64,000 bases of DNA from Longimicrobiales bacterium (GCA_965197725.1 CBDANQ010000040.1:11709-75708), one strand, 5' to 3'; counted from the first letter of the stretch, positions 1 to 10,636 are shown. The notes: generated by a model not told the origin, from the letters alone. A program made the numbers and translations.

Positions 1-1597
1 CGTTGGAGTCCTGGGAGTACCAGAACACGAGCAAGTGAGCGATCAGGACCGGCAGGCCGAAATCGTTGATCAGTACCGGGCCGGCGAGGACAATGAGAAC
101 GACGTAGCTGGCGGTAACCGGAAGTCCCATCCCGAGCACCAGACTCGCCAGCAGCAACAAGACCAGGGCGAGAAAGAGATTTCCCTGGGAAAGAGACAGC
201 ATGAGAGATGAGAACTTGAGACCGAGACCGGTGAGTCCGACGATGCCCACGATGATTCCCGCCACGGCGCAAGCCAAGCTCACCGGAAGGGCATTTCGGC
301 CCGCAACGACGGAGGCATCCACAAGGCGGACGATCCCTGCGCCTATCCAGCCGGCAAGGGACCCGTGAACCGCTTCTCTCGGGTTCGAACTACTTTTGCC
401 ACCCGGCATGGTCTGGTCCCATACGGCTCGCAGAGCTGCCAGTACCGCGATGGCTACACAGGCTAGGAATCCGACCCGGGCCACCGAAAAATCCATGAGT
501 AGCGCGGCCATCAGGATCACCAAGGCCCCGAGAAAGTGCCAGCCTCTGGCCAACGTGTTCCCGAACCGCGGAAGCTCGGAGGCGGGCATGCCTTGCAGAT
601 TCCTCTTGAGCGCCACCAGATGTACGAAGACGAATACGGTTCCCACGTAGAGAATCGCGGGAACGAGTGCTGCCTTGACCACCTCGAGATACGGCAGACC
701 GGTATACTCGGCGATCAGGAAGGCTCCGGCCCCCATGATCGGGGGAAGGATTTGACCTCCGGTACTTGCCGCGGCCTCGATACCCCCGGCCTCCTCGGCG
801 CGGTAGCCGACCTTCTTCATCAGGGGAATGGTGAACGCCCCGCTGGTGACGACGTTCGCGATGGCACTCCCCGACACGGATCCCATCGCGGCCGAGGCCA
901 GAACCGCAGCCTTCGCGGGCCCTCCCCTCTGTCTTCCGGTGACCGCATACGCAAGGTCGATGAAGAACTGACCCGCACCCGTGACCTCCAGGAGCGCCCC
1001 GAACAAGATGAAGATGAAGACGAAGGAAGCGGCCACGCCCAACGGGATTCCAAAGATTCCCTCCTGGCCCAGGTAGAGCTGCCCCACGAGCCGTCCGGTA
1101 CCATAGCCCCCATGCCGAAGCACGCCTGGGAGAAAGGAGCCGGCGTATCCGTAGCCGATGAAGCAGGCGGCAATGAACGAAATAGGCCAACCCAGCGCCC
1201 TTCGGCTTGCCTCGAGTAGCGTGACCACCGCCACCACTCCAGCGACAACGTCGGTTCCGTTCCACGCCCCTGCACGGCCCACGATGGCGTCCAGGTTGAG
1301 CGTGAGATAGAGGGCCGCGAAGATGGAGCCAGCAATAAGAGCGGCGTCCAGCGCCCATGCGATTCCGCTTTGGCCTTTCGGCTTTCCTCGTCCCCCGGTC
1401 GGAAAGAGGAGAAAGGCCAAGACCTGAATGACGGAGAGATGGAACGCCCTCTCGTAGAAGAGCCCGAGCGGCCGCACTCCGGATATGTAGAGCTGGAAGA
1501 GTGAGAGGACGATCGCTAGAACGACAAAGGTCGTAGCGGAAACGGTAGGGAGACCCAGGTCCCTCCTCGGGATCGAGGCGCCACCCGTGGAACTCAC
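1..1597 (-). CDS. TRAP transporter fused permease (4TM/12TM, TAXI-associated), runs off the window edge
   Basis: Frame missing from the ORF track because it has no stop in the window. Manual translation from GTG 1597 gives GGPAKAAVLAS, GSVSGSAIANVVTSG, EAAASTGGQILPPIMGAGAF and LGMGLPVTASY, typical fused DctQM motifs. Directly downstream of a TAXI gene. Confidence 0.93.
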   Translation of the reverse strand, partial: MSSTGGASIPRRDLGLPTVSATTFVVLAIVLSLFQLYISGVRPLGLFYERAFHLSVIQVLAFLLFPTGGRGKPKGQSGIAWALDAALIAGSIFAALYLTLNLDAIVGRAGAWNGTDVVAGVVAVVTLLEASRRALGWPISFIAACFIGYGYAGSFLPGVLRHGGYGTGRLVGQLYLGQEGIFGIPLGVAASFVFIFILFGALLEVTGAGQFFIDLAYAVTGRQRGGPAKAAVLASAAMGSVSGSAIANVVTSGAFTIPLMKKVGYRAEEAGGIEAAASTGGQILPPIMGAGAFLIAEYTGLPYLEVVKAALVPAILYVGTVFVFVHLVALKRNLQGMPASELPRFGNTLARGWHFLGALVILMAALLMDFSVARVGFLACVAIAVLAALRAVWDQTMPGGKSSSNPREAVHGSLAGWIGAGIVRLVDASVVAGRNALPVSLACAVAGIIVGIVGLTGLGLKFSSLMLSLSQGNLFLALVLLLLASLVLGMGLPVTASYVVLIVLAGPVLINDFGLPVLIAHLLVFWYSQDSN

Positions 1598-1626
1598 CGT
1601 TCTTTACGGGCGGATATCGGGACGCC

Positions 1627-2622
1627 TCACGGAGAAACAATCAAACGATCAGGCACCTCGTATCCGGCTTCCTGGAAGTAGCGCACGGAACCGGGGTGAA
1701 GTGGAATGGGAGAGACTTCCAAGGTGTACTCCGCCGAAATGTGGCTAGCAGCGGGGTGCACGGCAGCTAACTCCGTCCGCACCGCGTACAGCGCCTGAGT
1801 CAGATCGTAGACGAGCTCCTCCGACATATCTGCGCGTACCACCAGCACGTTCGGTGTACTCAGCGTCTCCACCTCGGCTTCCAGTCCCGGGTACATCCCT
1901 GGAAGGAATAAATCACGAGTCACGGTAGGGTCGAGCGCTGCAGTGTTTGCCAGTTCTGCCGCTCTGATGGGGACGAGCCGCACGGGGCGTGTGGTCGCCA
2001 AGTCCACGATGGCGCTCGTGGGCGGGCCGACACTCAAGAATCCTGCGTCGATGTTTCCGTCCCGGAGTGCCGAAGCAGTCTCGTTGAAGTTGAGACGCTG
2101 AGGCCGGAAATCGTCGTAGTCGATCCCGTTCCCCTCCAGGAGGGTCCGGGCCGCCACCTCGGTCCCACTCCCCGGGGCGCCCACCGAGACCGGTCGACCC
2201 ACGAGGTCACTGACGCTCTCGACGCCCGTCCCCTCCACCGTGACCAGATGAAGCACGTTGGGATAAAGCACCGTGATAGCGAGAACCTGAGCGGGCTCCC
2301 GCCCCGAAAACGAGCCGGTCCCGTTAAACACCTCGTGCGCGTTGGTACCCATGGAGAAGGCTACGTCAACCTCGTCGCCCAGGAGTAGGCTGATGTTTTC
2401 TACCGAGCCGCCGGTGACCTCGGCCACTAAGTCGTATTCGGGCAATTCGCGGCTCCAAAGCTCAGCAATCGATCCCCCCAGCACGTAGTAGACACCTCCT
2501 GTGCCTCCCGTCGCCACGGCGAGGATGTCAGGGCGGTCCCCTGGGGCGCATCCGGGCGCAATCAGGACGGCAAGAAGGAGAACCAACGAGACGCGTGAGC
2601 CCGCTTTCCATGTGCTAGTCAT
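1627..2622 (-). CDS. TAXI-family TRAP solute-binding lipoprotein
   Basis: Lipobox-like APGC; motifs ATGGTGGVYY, TGGSVEN, VSVGAPGSGT, PIPLHPGS. Confidence 0.95.
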   Translation of the reverse strand: MTSTWKAGSRVSLVLLLAVLIAPGCAPGDRPDILAVATGGTGGVYYVLGGSIAELWSRELPEYDLVAEVTGGSVENISLLLGDEVDVAFSMGTNAHEVFNGTGSFSGREPAQVLAITVLYPNVLHLVTVEGTGVESVSDLVGRPVSVGAPGSGTEVAARTLLEGNGIDYDDFRPQRLNFNETASALRDGNIDAGFLSVGPPTSAIVDLATTRPVRLVPIRAAELANTAALDPTVTRDLFLPGMYPGLEAEVETLSTPNVLVVRADMSEELVYDLTQALYAVRTELAAVHPAASHISAEYTLEVSPIPLHPGSVRYFQEAGYEVPDRLIVSP

Positions 2623-2763
2623 CTTGATCCCCTTAATAGTAGGCTCTCGAAGAAGTACGATGGGTCTCCACTTACCTGCCCCCGCAGGGGTACCACTACG
2701 TGCTCGCGCACGGGTACCCGGATACCACGGCCTCGGATCCTACGAGCGAGGAAACAGCGGGGC

Positions 2764-2937
2764 AAGGAGCTTTCGACCGCGCTTCATCGCAGCTCTGCAG
2801 CTTATCGATCGAGGTGCGCCGAGATCTCACCTTTGGACGGTAGCGAAGTGGATGGGACATGGGGGGCGGTCACTCGTCGATAGGATTTACGGGCAACTCG
2901 GGGACCTGCGGCACCGCTCCGAGGTCGTCGAGTACAG
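2764..2937 (+). pseudogene. C-terminal remnant of a tyrosine recombinase/integrase
   Basis: Translates ...AALQLIDRGAP..WTVAKWMGHGGRSLVDRIYGQLG..RHRSEVVEY, i.e. the box II LGH...Y pattern. The HxxR box is eroded and there is no N-terminal part. Confidence 0.55.
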
Positions 2938-3261
2938 CAGTTGCTCGCTCCATCGATACCTCTCTCCCATGAGCTCGTCAGCTTCTACCAGGCCGACGTT
3001 CGCGTTCGCATGGCTGGGCCGCTCGCTCAATTCCGCTTCCAGGAGAGCGAGTGGAAGTGTCAGGCCGTCGGTGACGGGTCGAGTATCAACCTGCGGACCT
3101 GGGGCGGTGATTTGGACCAGCTGGTCATCGAGGCCGAACTCGCGATCCTCCGCCGCCATCAGCCCTTCAAGGAGGCCCAATAAATGCTAGCGATAAAGGC
3201 CGAGGTGTGGCAGGACATGTTAGAACGCGTTGAGTTGATTCGAGTCCCCGGCGAGGCTCTG

Positions 3262-4719
3262 GAAGCTGACCCAGCCGTAGTTGAAGGTCCCTGAAGAGGG
3301 AAAAGAAAAGTGGTGGCTCCGAGGGTGCCCGATCCGATAGGATCGGGTGCGCTAAAAACCCAAAAACGGAGCCACCACGATGAAGAGAACGTACGAAGTA
3401 GCGAGTGACACGGACAGGCGTGCGATGGCTGAGTTCGTGAAGCGAGAAGGCCAGTTCCTGCTGCCGATGGTCGAGCTCGTAGAGCACACGGAGCTCGCGA
3501 TCGACGAAGTCGTCCAGGTGATGGGCCGAGCGACGATCGAGGCGGTACTCGAGATGAGCGCCGAAGGTGTGGCGGGCCCGAAGCAATCGGGCAAGGCACG
3601 CGAGGAGGGGGCGACCGGTCTGGTACGGCCGCCAGGGCGGTCAGGTCTACCTGTCGGACCGAAAGGTCCGTATCCAGCGGCCTCGGCTGCGTGAGCGGAC
3701 TGGCGGCCAGGGCGGCGAGGTCGAGGTGCCAGCGTACGAGGCGATGCGCAGGCCGGGCGCCATGGCGGACCGAATGTTGGAGATCCTGATGGCAGGTGTG
3801 AGCACCCGGAAATACGGCCAGGTGATCGGCGAGATGGCCGACACGGTGGGGGTGAGCAAGTCGTCGGTGAGCCGCGAGACGATCGAAGCGTCGGAGCGCG
3901 TGCTGAAGGAGCTGATGGAGCGGCGGCTGGACGCATGGGATCTGTTGGTGATCTACCTGGACGGTATCCAACTCGGTGCGCACCACGTACTTGCGGCTGT
4001 GGGCGTGGACACGGACGGCAAGAAGCATGTGCTGGGGATGCGGCAGGGAGCGAGTGAGAACACCGAAGTGACGACGGCCCTGCTGCAGGATCTGGTCGAG
4101 CGGGGTCTGGACCCCGAGTGTCGACGCCTGTTCGTGATCGATGGCTCGAAGGCGTTACGGAAGGCGATTGTTCAGGTGTTCGGCGCGGGCCACTCGGTCC
4201 AGAGATGCCGAAATCACAAGCTCAGAAACGTGCTCGCTCACCTACCGAAGGATCAGCACCCGCAGGTGAAGGCCGTGATCCGCGCGGCCTGGAAGCTCGA
4301 CGCGAGGGACGGCGTGCAGAAACTCGAGCAGCTCGCGCGGTGGCTTGAACGAGATCAGCCGTCGGCCGCAGCGAGCCTGAGGGAGGGGCTGGGTGAGATG
4401 TTCACAATCAACCGGCTTGGGCTACCGCCTCGGCTGAGGAAGTGCCTCGGCACCACGAACCTGATCGACAGCACCCACGCAGGCGTGAGGCAGAAGACCT
4501 ATAGGGTGACGAACTGGAAGAACGGAGCGATGGCACTGAGATGGGCCGCTGCCTCCTTCGTCGAGACCGAGAAGAACTACCGACGCATCGTCGGCTTCGA
4601 CCAACTCTGGATGCTCAAAGCTCACCTCGATGACCGCGAGCCGGTTGCCGAAATGAAGATGGCAGGTTAATCACGAAAGCCTCGGAGTCACCACCTTCAA
4701 CTGAGCCGGGGACACCTTC
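3262..4719 (+). mobile_element. IS256-family element, copy 1 (isoform A)
   Basis: Imperfect 27-bp terminal IRs (GAAGCTGACCCAGCCGTAGTTGAAGGT / ACCTTCAACTGAGCCGGGGACACCTTC) and a perfect 8-bp target duplication AGGCTCTG (3254-3261, 4720-4727). Confidence 0.95.
3380..4670 (+). pseudogene. IS256 (Mutator-type DDE) transposase, +1 frameshift near 3607-3611
   Basis: ORFs 3380-3694 and 3567-4670 join into a homologue of the intact 429-aa copy at 19884-21173. One extra G in a G run. Motifs YLDG, FVIDG, QRCRNHKLRN. Confidence 0.9.
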
Positions 4720-4802
4720 AGGCTCTGGCCGAGCGGAAACACCTCGATGGCTCCGAAGTGGAAGCTCTTTTGTCACCGCCATTGTCACCGTAGCCAATTC
4801 CG

Positions 4803-6261
4803 GATGGTGTCCCGCTGACAGTTGAAGGTGGTGGCGCCGGAGAGTCTCTTGGTTAGCCTGTCTTTCTCATTTCGGCAACCGGTTCATGGTCGTCGAGGTG
4901 GGCCCTGAGCATCCAGAGCTGGTCGTAGCCGATGATCCTCCGGTAGCTCTTCTCGGTTTCCACGAACGAGGCCGCAGCCCAGCGCAAGGCCATCGCTCCG
5001 TTCTTCCAGTTAGTCACCCTGCGGGTCTTCCGTCTTACGCCCGAGTGGGTGCTGTCGATCAGGTTGGTCGAGCCCAGGCACTTCCTCAGCCGCGGTGGGA
5101 GGCCGAGCCGGTTTATGGTGAACATCTCGCTGAGGCCTTCGCGCAGGCTGGCTGCGGCCGAGGGGTGGTCGCGCTCGAGCCATCGGGCGAGCTGCTCGAG
5201 CTTCTGCTCGCCCTGCTTCGCGTCCAGCTTCATCGCCGCCCGGAACGCCGCCTTCACCTGAGGATGCTGATCCTTCGGCAGATGACCCAGCACGTTGCGG
5301 AGCTTGTGGTTGCGGCAGCGCTGGATGGGGTGACGTTGGCCGAACACCTTCTCGATCGCCTTCCTGAGCGCTTTCGAGCCATCGATCACGAACAGCCGCC
5401 GCCTGCCCGGGTCCAGGCCGCGCTCGACCAGATCCTCTAGGAGCGCGCTGGTCACCTCGGCGTTCTCACTCGCTCCTTCCCTCACGCCCAGCACGTGCTT
5501 CTTTCCGTCTGAGTCCACGCCTACCGCAGCAAGCACGTGGTGCGAGCCCATCTGGATCCCGTCCAGGTAGATCACCAGGAGGTCCCACGCATCCAGCCGG
5601 CGCTCCATCAGCTCCTTCAGCACGCGCTCCGAGGCCTCGACCGTCTCACGGCTCACCGCCGACTTGCTCACCCCGACCGGGTCGGCCATCTCACCGATCA
5701 CACGGCCGTACTTTCGCGTGCTCACCCCCGCCATCAGGACCTCGAGCATCCGATCCGCCACGGCGCCCGGTCTCCGCATCGCTGCGTACGCCGGCACCTC
5801 GACCTCGCCACCCTCCCCGGCGCGCCCCGGCGCCTGAGCCGTGGCCGCTCCACACGCACCTTCCGGTCCGACAGGTAAACCACACCACCCTGCCGGCCAT
5901 ACCACACCGTGTCGTCTTCCGCTCGTGACCGACCTGCCTGCTTCACGCCTGCCACACCCTCGGCGCTCATCTCCAGCACCGCTTCGATCGTCGCTCGTCC
6001 CATCACCTGGATGACTTCGTCGATCGCGACCTCCGTCTGCTCCACGAGCTCAAGCATCGGAAGCAGAAACTGCCCCTCCCGCTTCAGGAACTCCCTGATC
6101 GCGCGCTTGTCCGCCCGATCCCTTACCTCGTACGTTCTCTTCATCGTGGTGGCTCCGTGTTGGGGTTTTTGCCTACCCGAGCCTATCGGCCCGGGACCCC
6201 CGGAGCCACCACTTTTCTTTCTCCCCTATCAGGAACCTTCAACTACGGTTGGGACAGCTTC
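4803..6261 (-). mobile_element. IS256-family element, copy 2 (isoform B)
   Basis: Near-identical to 19834-21290. Terminal IRs present, flanked by AATTCCG on both sides (7-8 bp duplication). Confidence 0.95.
4853..6144 (-). pseudogene. IS256 transposase with a 2-bp (CG) duplication frameshift near 5820
   Basis: Comparison with copy 3: CCCCGGCGCGCCCCGG here versus CCCCGGCGCCCCGG. Confidence 0.9.
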
Positions 6262-6480
6262 AATTCCGGCCTCCCAACGCGGAGGCCCCGCAACCGCCTA
6301 AACGGTTACGGGGCTTCCCCTTGTTAGCGGCCTTCCAATATTGCACACATGTGGCCATCGAAAATTGCACACTTGGCGCTTTGACCTAGCGGGCGGGAGA
6401 GTGGGGATGTAGGCACCACCCCGAGCGATCTTCCGGCCGATCCACTCACTTGGCGCCTCCACCGAGAACGTGGAGGTGCA

Positions 6481-7509
6481 ATGATCGGAAGGGAGAAGCG
6501 CGTGCTGCTCCGTCATTACCTCGAGCAGGGGATGAACAAGGCGGTGATCGCCCGGGATCTGGGGGTCAGTCGCCGTACCGTGTACCACTGGATAGAGACC
6601 GGTCAACTGGACCGGGAGTTGGACGAAGAGCGTGTCGGGTACGGTCCGAGATGTCTGATGCCGTCGAAGCTGGATCCGTACAAGCCGTTGATCGACACGC
6701 GTCTCAAGGAGTACCCGAAGCTCACGGCTGTACGGCTCTTCAAGGAGGTCCGGGCCGCTGGCTACCCGGGCAGTTACAACCAAGTGAAGCGCTATGTACG
6801 CAAGGTCCGGCCTCGACCCCCAGAGGAGCCGGTCGTGCGCTTCGAGACGGCGCCTGGGCGTCAGGGCCAGGTGGACTTCGCCCACTTCCGGCTACCGTGG
6901 GGCAAGCGTTACGCACTAATCGTCGTGCTGGGCTACTCGAGGCTGCTGTGGGTTCAGTTCTACACCCGGCAGACCATGAAGGCCCTGATGCATGGCCTGG
7001 AGTCTTCGTTTTCCTACTTCGGCGGCGTGCCCTCAGAGCTTCTGTTCGACCAAATGAAGGCGGTCGTCATCGAGGACGGTCGATACGACGATGGTGCCCT
7101 CGTCGAGAACCCGGAGTTCATGCGCTACGCCTACCACTGGAACTTCAGGATCCGCGCGTGCCGACCCTATCGGGCTCAGACCAAGGGCAAGGTGGAGCGG
7201 CCGATCCGCTACCTCAGGGAGAGCTTCTTCTACGGGCGCACCTTCACGTCGGACGACGATCTCAACGCGCAGGCCCTTCATTGGCTTGAGACGGAAGCCA
7301 ATGTGCGCAGCCACGGAACGCTGAAGGAGCGGCCCCTCGATCGCTTCGAGCGTGAACGACTGCTCCTCGAGCCCTTGGCGACTCGCCCGTATCACCCCCT
7401 CGTCCTGCCTCCGGATCGCTCCTCACCCGGCACGACGTCCTTGCCGGCCATCCACGTCGAGCGACGTCCCCTCACGGCCTATGCCCAGATCGCGGGAGGG
7501 GACCGATGA
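6481..7509 (+). CDS. istA: IS21 transposase IstA
   Basis: N-terminal HTH; RFETAPGRQGQVDF, LLFDQMK, QTKGKVERPIRY. Confidence 0.95.
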   Translation: MIGREKRVLLRHYLEQGMNKAVIARDLGVSRRTVYHWIETGQLDRELDEERVGYGPRCLMPSKLDPYKPLIDTRLKEYPKLTAVRLFKEVRAAGYPGSYNQVKRYVRKVRPRPPEEPVVRFETAPGRQGQVDFAHFRLPWGKRYALIVVLGYSRLLWVQFYTRQTMKALMHGLESSFSYFGGVPSELLFDQMKAVVIEDGRYDDGALVENPEFMRYAYHWNFRIRACRPYRAQTKGKVERPIRYLRESFFYGRTFTSDDDLNAQALHWLETEANVRSHGTLKERPLDRFERERLLLEPLATRPYHPLVLPPDRSSPGTTSLPAIHVERRPLTAYAQIAGGDR

Positions 7510-8348
7510 AGGCTGCCGCTCGCTCTCGCCGTGACCGGATCCGAGCCCAGCTCGCCGATCTCAAGATGCCCGGTGCGCTGGAGGCCATCGACGACGTCCT
7601 CACCGGGGTCGATGGCGGAGGCGTGACGGCCTCGGAGGCCATCGAGCAACTCCTCGGTGCCCAGATCACGCTGCGCAACAACCGCCGCCTTCAGGCTGCG
7701 ATGCGCTCGAGCCGGCTACCGGGCATCAAGACCCTCGACGACTTCGACTTCAGCTTCCAGCCCTCGATCAAGCGCGAGCAGATCGACTCGCTCCACGAGC
7801 TCGGCTTCTTGGAGCGTAAGGAGAACGTGATCTTCCTCGGCCCTCCGGGCGTCGGCAAGACGCATCTCGCGATCAGCCTCGCCATTGCCGCGGCTCAGAG
7901 CGGGCGCAGAGTCTACTACGGCGCTCTGGCCGACCTCATCACCTCGCTCGAAGAAGCCAAGACCACCGGCCAGCTGGGACGCCGCCTCAAGATCCTCACC
8001 TATCCTTCGCTCCTGGTCATCGACGAGATCGGCTACCTGCCGGTCAGCCAGACCGGCGCAATGCTCTTCTTCCAACTCATCAACCGGCGCTATGAGCGCG
8101 CATCCACTGTGCTGACCTCCAATAAAGGCTTCGAGGAGTGGGGCCAGATCTTGGGCGACGAGGTCATGGCCGCTGCGCTCATCGATCGCCTGCTGCATCA
8201 CTGCCATATCGTCAACATCCGCGGCAGCAGCTACCGGATGCGCAAGCACACCGACCTCTCCAAGATCCTCCACTCGCCTCCTGCGGAGTCGAGCCCTTCA
8301 CCCCCGAAGAGAAAGAGAGCAAGAGCAAAGGAGAAAACGACGAACTAG
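7506..8348 (+). CDS. istB: IS21 helper ATPase IstB
   Basis: Walker A GPPGVGKT, Walker B LLVIDEIGY, DRLLHH; ATGA overlap with istA. Confidence 0.96.
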   Translation: MKAAARSRRDRIRAQLADLKMPGALEAIDDVLTGVDGGGVTASEAIEQLLGAQITLRNNRRLQAAMRSSRLPGIKTLDDFDFSFQPSIKREQIDSLHELGFLERKENVIFLGPPGVGKTHLAISLAIAAAQSGRRVYYGALADLITSLEEAKTTGQLGRRLKILTYPSLLVIDEIGYLPVSQTGAMLFFQLINRRYERASTVLTSNKGFEEWGQILGDEVMAAALIDRLLHHCHIVNIRGSSYRMRKHTDLSKILHSPPAESSPSPPKRKRARAKEKTTN

Positions 8349-9070
8349 AGGCTCGTCATCTCCGCCAAGTGTGCAATTTTCGATGGCCAGACCTGTGCAG
8401 CTTTCGATGGCCGTTGACACTCCGACGCATCGGTATCGGCGTCACGACAGCCTCTTAGGGCGCTCAGGACTCCCGGCCTGCGTCGTGTTCTCCGTGGACC
8501 TGAGCTATCTAACACTTATCAGGCCCCCGGAGTCAAGAGCGCGCATGTCCCCCGGCGCGTCGCGGAGCGGCGCGTAATGAAGTGAGCGTCGGTCGTCGAG
8601 TCCTCTGACTTGGTTTCCGTCAACAGGTGCGAGCACTTCCGAGCTCTGCACCAAACACTTATCGAGGTTCAACCGCCGGGTGCCCTTCGAGGCGAGCTCG
8701 AAGGAGCGGCGGAGCAGGAGCCTGCTGTGGGCTCCTACGACCTAGAAATTCATCTGTGCCCTCGTGCCGTCCGACTCCATTCAAGGTGAGCAGGCTCGGG
8801 CCGTGAGGCGCCGGACCAGTTAGCTCCGGGCTCGGGTGAGGGGCAGAGTCCTGAGTTAGACCGACTTCGATGTGTGGGGAGCGGGAGGAGGCGTCCAATC
8901 AAGCGAGGCGGCTGTCAGGCATCCGGTGCCCGCTCGAGTTAGAAATCGGGGCTCGCGACCTCCCCTCCCCGTCAGGTGCGTGTATAGAAGCGTTCGGTGT
9001 CGAATGCCTGGCCAAGGTGCGCGCTTGCCGTCGGGCCATGTGGCCGATGGTGTCGTCGTTGGGCGCCGAG

Positions 9071-9104
9071 TTCAGGGACCTTCAACTACGGCCGGGTCAG
9101 CTTC
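9071..9104 (-). repeat. Solo IS256 left-end inverted repeat
   Basis: TTCAGGGACCTTCAACTACGGCCGGGTCAGCTTC matches the reverse complement of the copy 1 left end at 33 of 34 positions. No transposase adjacent. Confidence 0.85.
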
Positions 9105-9587
9105 CGAACGACTGGACCTTGAGCTACGTGTGGGCCAGCGACGATGTCTATGCTGTCGTACTGGAGGGCGAAGGAGCGTGTGCGGGCGCTTAGGTCGTGC
9201 CGGTGGGTGACGGCTACGAGGCGACGGAGGTGACTGGATGGTGAGTAGACGGCACCCCGCTGGCCTGGAGTCCGTGTCCGGGACTTTACCTGGGGACCTG
9301 TCGCGCTAACTCTTGCCACTCTCGACGGTCCTCGATCATGGGAGCCCGACTTAGACGGCTCCGTACAATTCGGTGCACAAGCTTCGTGCCGCCGTCATCA
9401 CCGTCTGTAGGACCGCGACCGAACCACCCGACGTCCAGCGCCCGAGCCCAACGAGCCCGGCACCAAGTCGGCAGCACTCGGTCCATACCGAACCGCCTCG
9501 GCCCACAAGACCGGCCCGCATCTGATGGGTCGTGCTCCTCGCCCGGACCTACTCCTTCTCACCTCGACGGCTCCCGCAGGGCTCGAT

Positions 9588-9749
9588 CTACCTCGAGATC
9601 GGCTCCGGAATCGGGACAGAGGGTGCCTCGCTGCCACTGGAATAGAACGGAGGAAATACGTGTCCGGGGTGGTGGTGGTCGACTAGGAGGCACCCGGTAA
9701 GCATTGGGAGCGAAAGTGCGAGGACCAACCAAAAGATCATCCTTCTCAT
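9588..9749 (-). CDS. Small putative lipoprotein (53 aa)
   Basis: GAGGTGA RBS; MRRMIFWLVLALSLPMLTGC has a basic N-terminus, hydrophobic core and lipobox. Confidence 0.45.
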   Translation of the reverse strand: MRRMIFWLVLALSLPMLTGCLLVDHHHPGHVFPPFYSSGSEAPSVPIPEPISR

Positions 9750-9958
9750 ATCTATCACCTCAATGATGGTGTTTGTCGTGCCGGAAGATGTGTGAGGCGT
9801 CCCCCTGGCTCTGTACGTAGGCTGACGTAGGCGCGGATGACGTATAATACGTACTCGGGGGATTGCAGGAGCAGCCCCAACGCGAGAGTGGGCCCACGAG
9901 ACCATCGAGGGGCTATTTTGTAGACTCCTGTGACTGTGTCCCGAAATGCGGCGGAAAG

Positions 9959-10200
9959 CTCCTTCGACCCCTGAGTCTCCCGCGTCCAGTCGGCCGTCGG
10001 ATTCATTGCCCACCTCTATCCCTGCCCATCCACGCATCCCTGCGGCGCATTCCGACTGACTGAGCCCCTCCTCCCGTTCAGCCGGCCTCGCTTCGCGTGG
10101 AGCGCCCGCACCGCTTCCGCCCGGCACCCCCGAAGCCCGCCACCATTCCCCTTCCCGCCTCACCTCCTGCCACGGCACCCCTTTTAGACCTCCTATCCTT
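9959..10200 (+). mobile_element. IS91/ISCR-like element 3' end (ori end), copy A
   Basis: Near-identical to the end of 35263-36668; terminates in TTTTAGACCTCCTATCCTT. Confidence 0.85.
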
Positions 10201-10262
10201 TCCGATGGCTGATCCCCCGGTATCTCGACCACCCAGATGACCAGCGCGCGCTCGCCGACCTG

Positions 10263-10571
10263 ATGGCGTCGAAGAGCCACATACGCGGTCAGGCGCGCGT
10301 CGGCGCAGCGTTCGGCGCCACACTCGGGCGCTTCCGCGAAGTAGTGAACCCCCCCGTCCCAACGATCGTAATCAGTCGGGGCAGGCGCGACTTGGCCGAG
10401 CCGTGGACCACGACGGAGCGTGAGCACGACTGGCGATACGGCCATGAATCACTGCTGGACGGGGTCCCCGACGGGCACCTGTGGGTCGCCGAGCAGAGCG
10501 GTCACATGATCCAACTCGAGCAGCCGGAGATCGTGCGAGACGCGGTTCGGGTGATCCTGGAAGGGGGTTAG
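10263..10571 (+). pseudogene. Alpha/beta-hydrolase C-terminal fragment
   Basis: VPTIVISRG...AEQSGHMIQLEQPEIVRDAV (catalytic His region). No nucleophile elbow upstream; begins just after the ISCR end. Confidence 0.65.
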
Positions 10572-10636
10572 CTTCTGCGCTGGGGGACTGGTCCGTGTCG
10601 GGTAGGTGGATCAGGGTTCAGCCAGACAGAGATGGC

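Larger units (their letters stand above)
6322..8419 (+). mobile_element. IS21-family element
   Basis: TG...CA ends with reiterated terminal motifs (GGCCATCGAAAATTGCACAC) in inverted orientation. Contains the istA/istB pair. No clear target duplication. Confidence 0.93.

Noticed and set aside
390..1640. 416-aa ORF on the minus strand in the track
   Set aside because: Wrong frame. The real TRAP permease is in another minus frame that is open to the window edge.
3567..3694. Programmed frameshift in the IS256 transposase
   Set aside because: The homologous copy 3 is one continuous ORF, copies 1 and 2 break at different places, and IS256 is not known to use programmed frameshifting.
3262..9104. 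Composite transposon bounded by copy 1 and the solo end
   Set aside because: Copy 1 has its own TSD, and no shared duplication flanks 3262 and 9104.
9588..10445. ORFs containing GGLKGVPWQEVRREGEWW (also 12090-12797, 33059-33763 and 35729-36646) as a protein family
   Set aside because: They are antisense translations of the repeated non-coding IS end.
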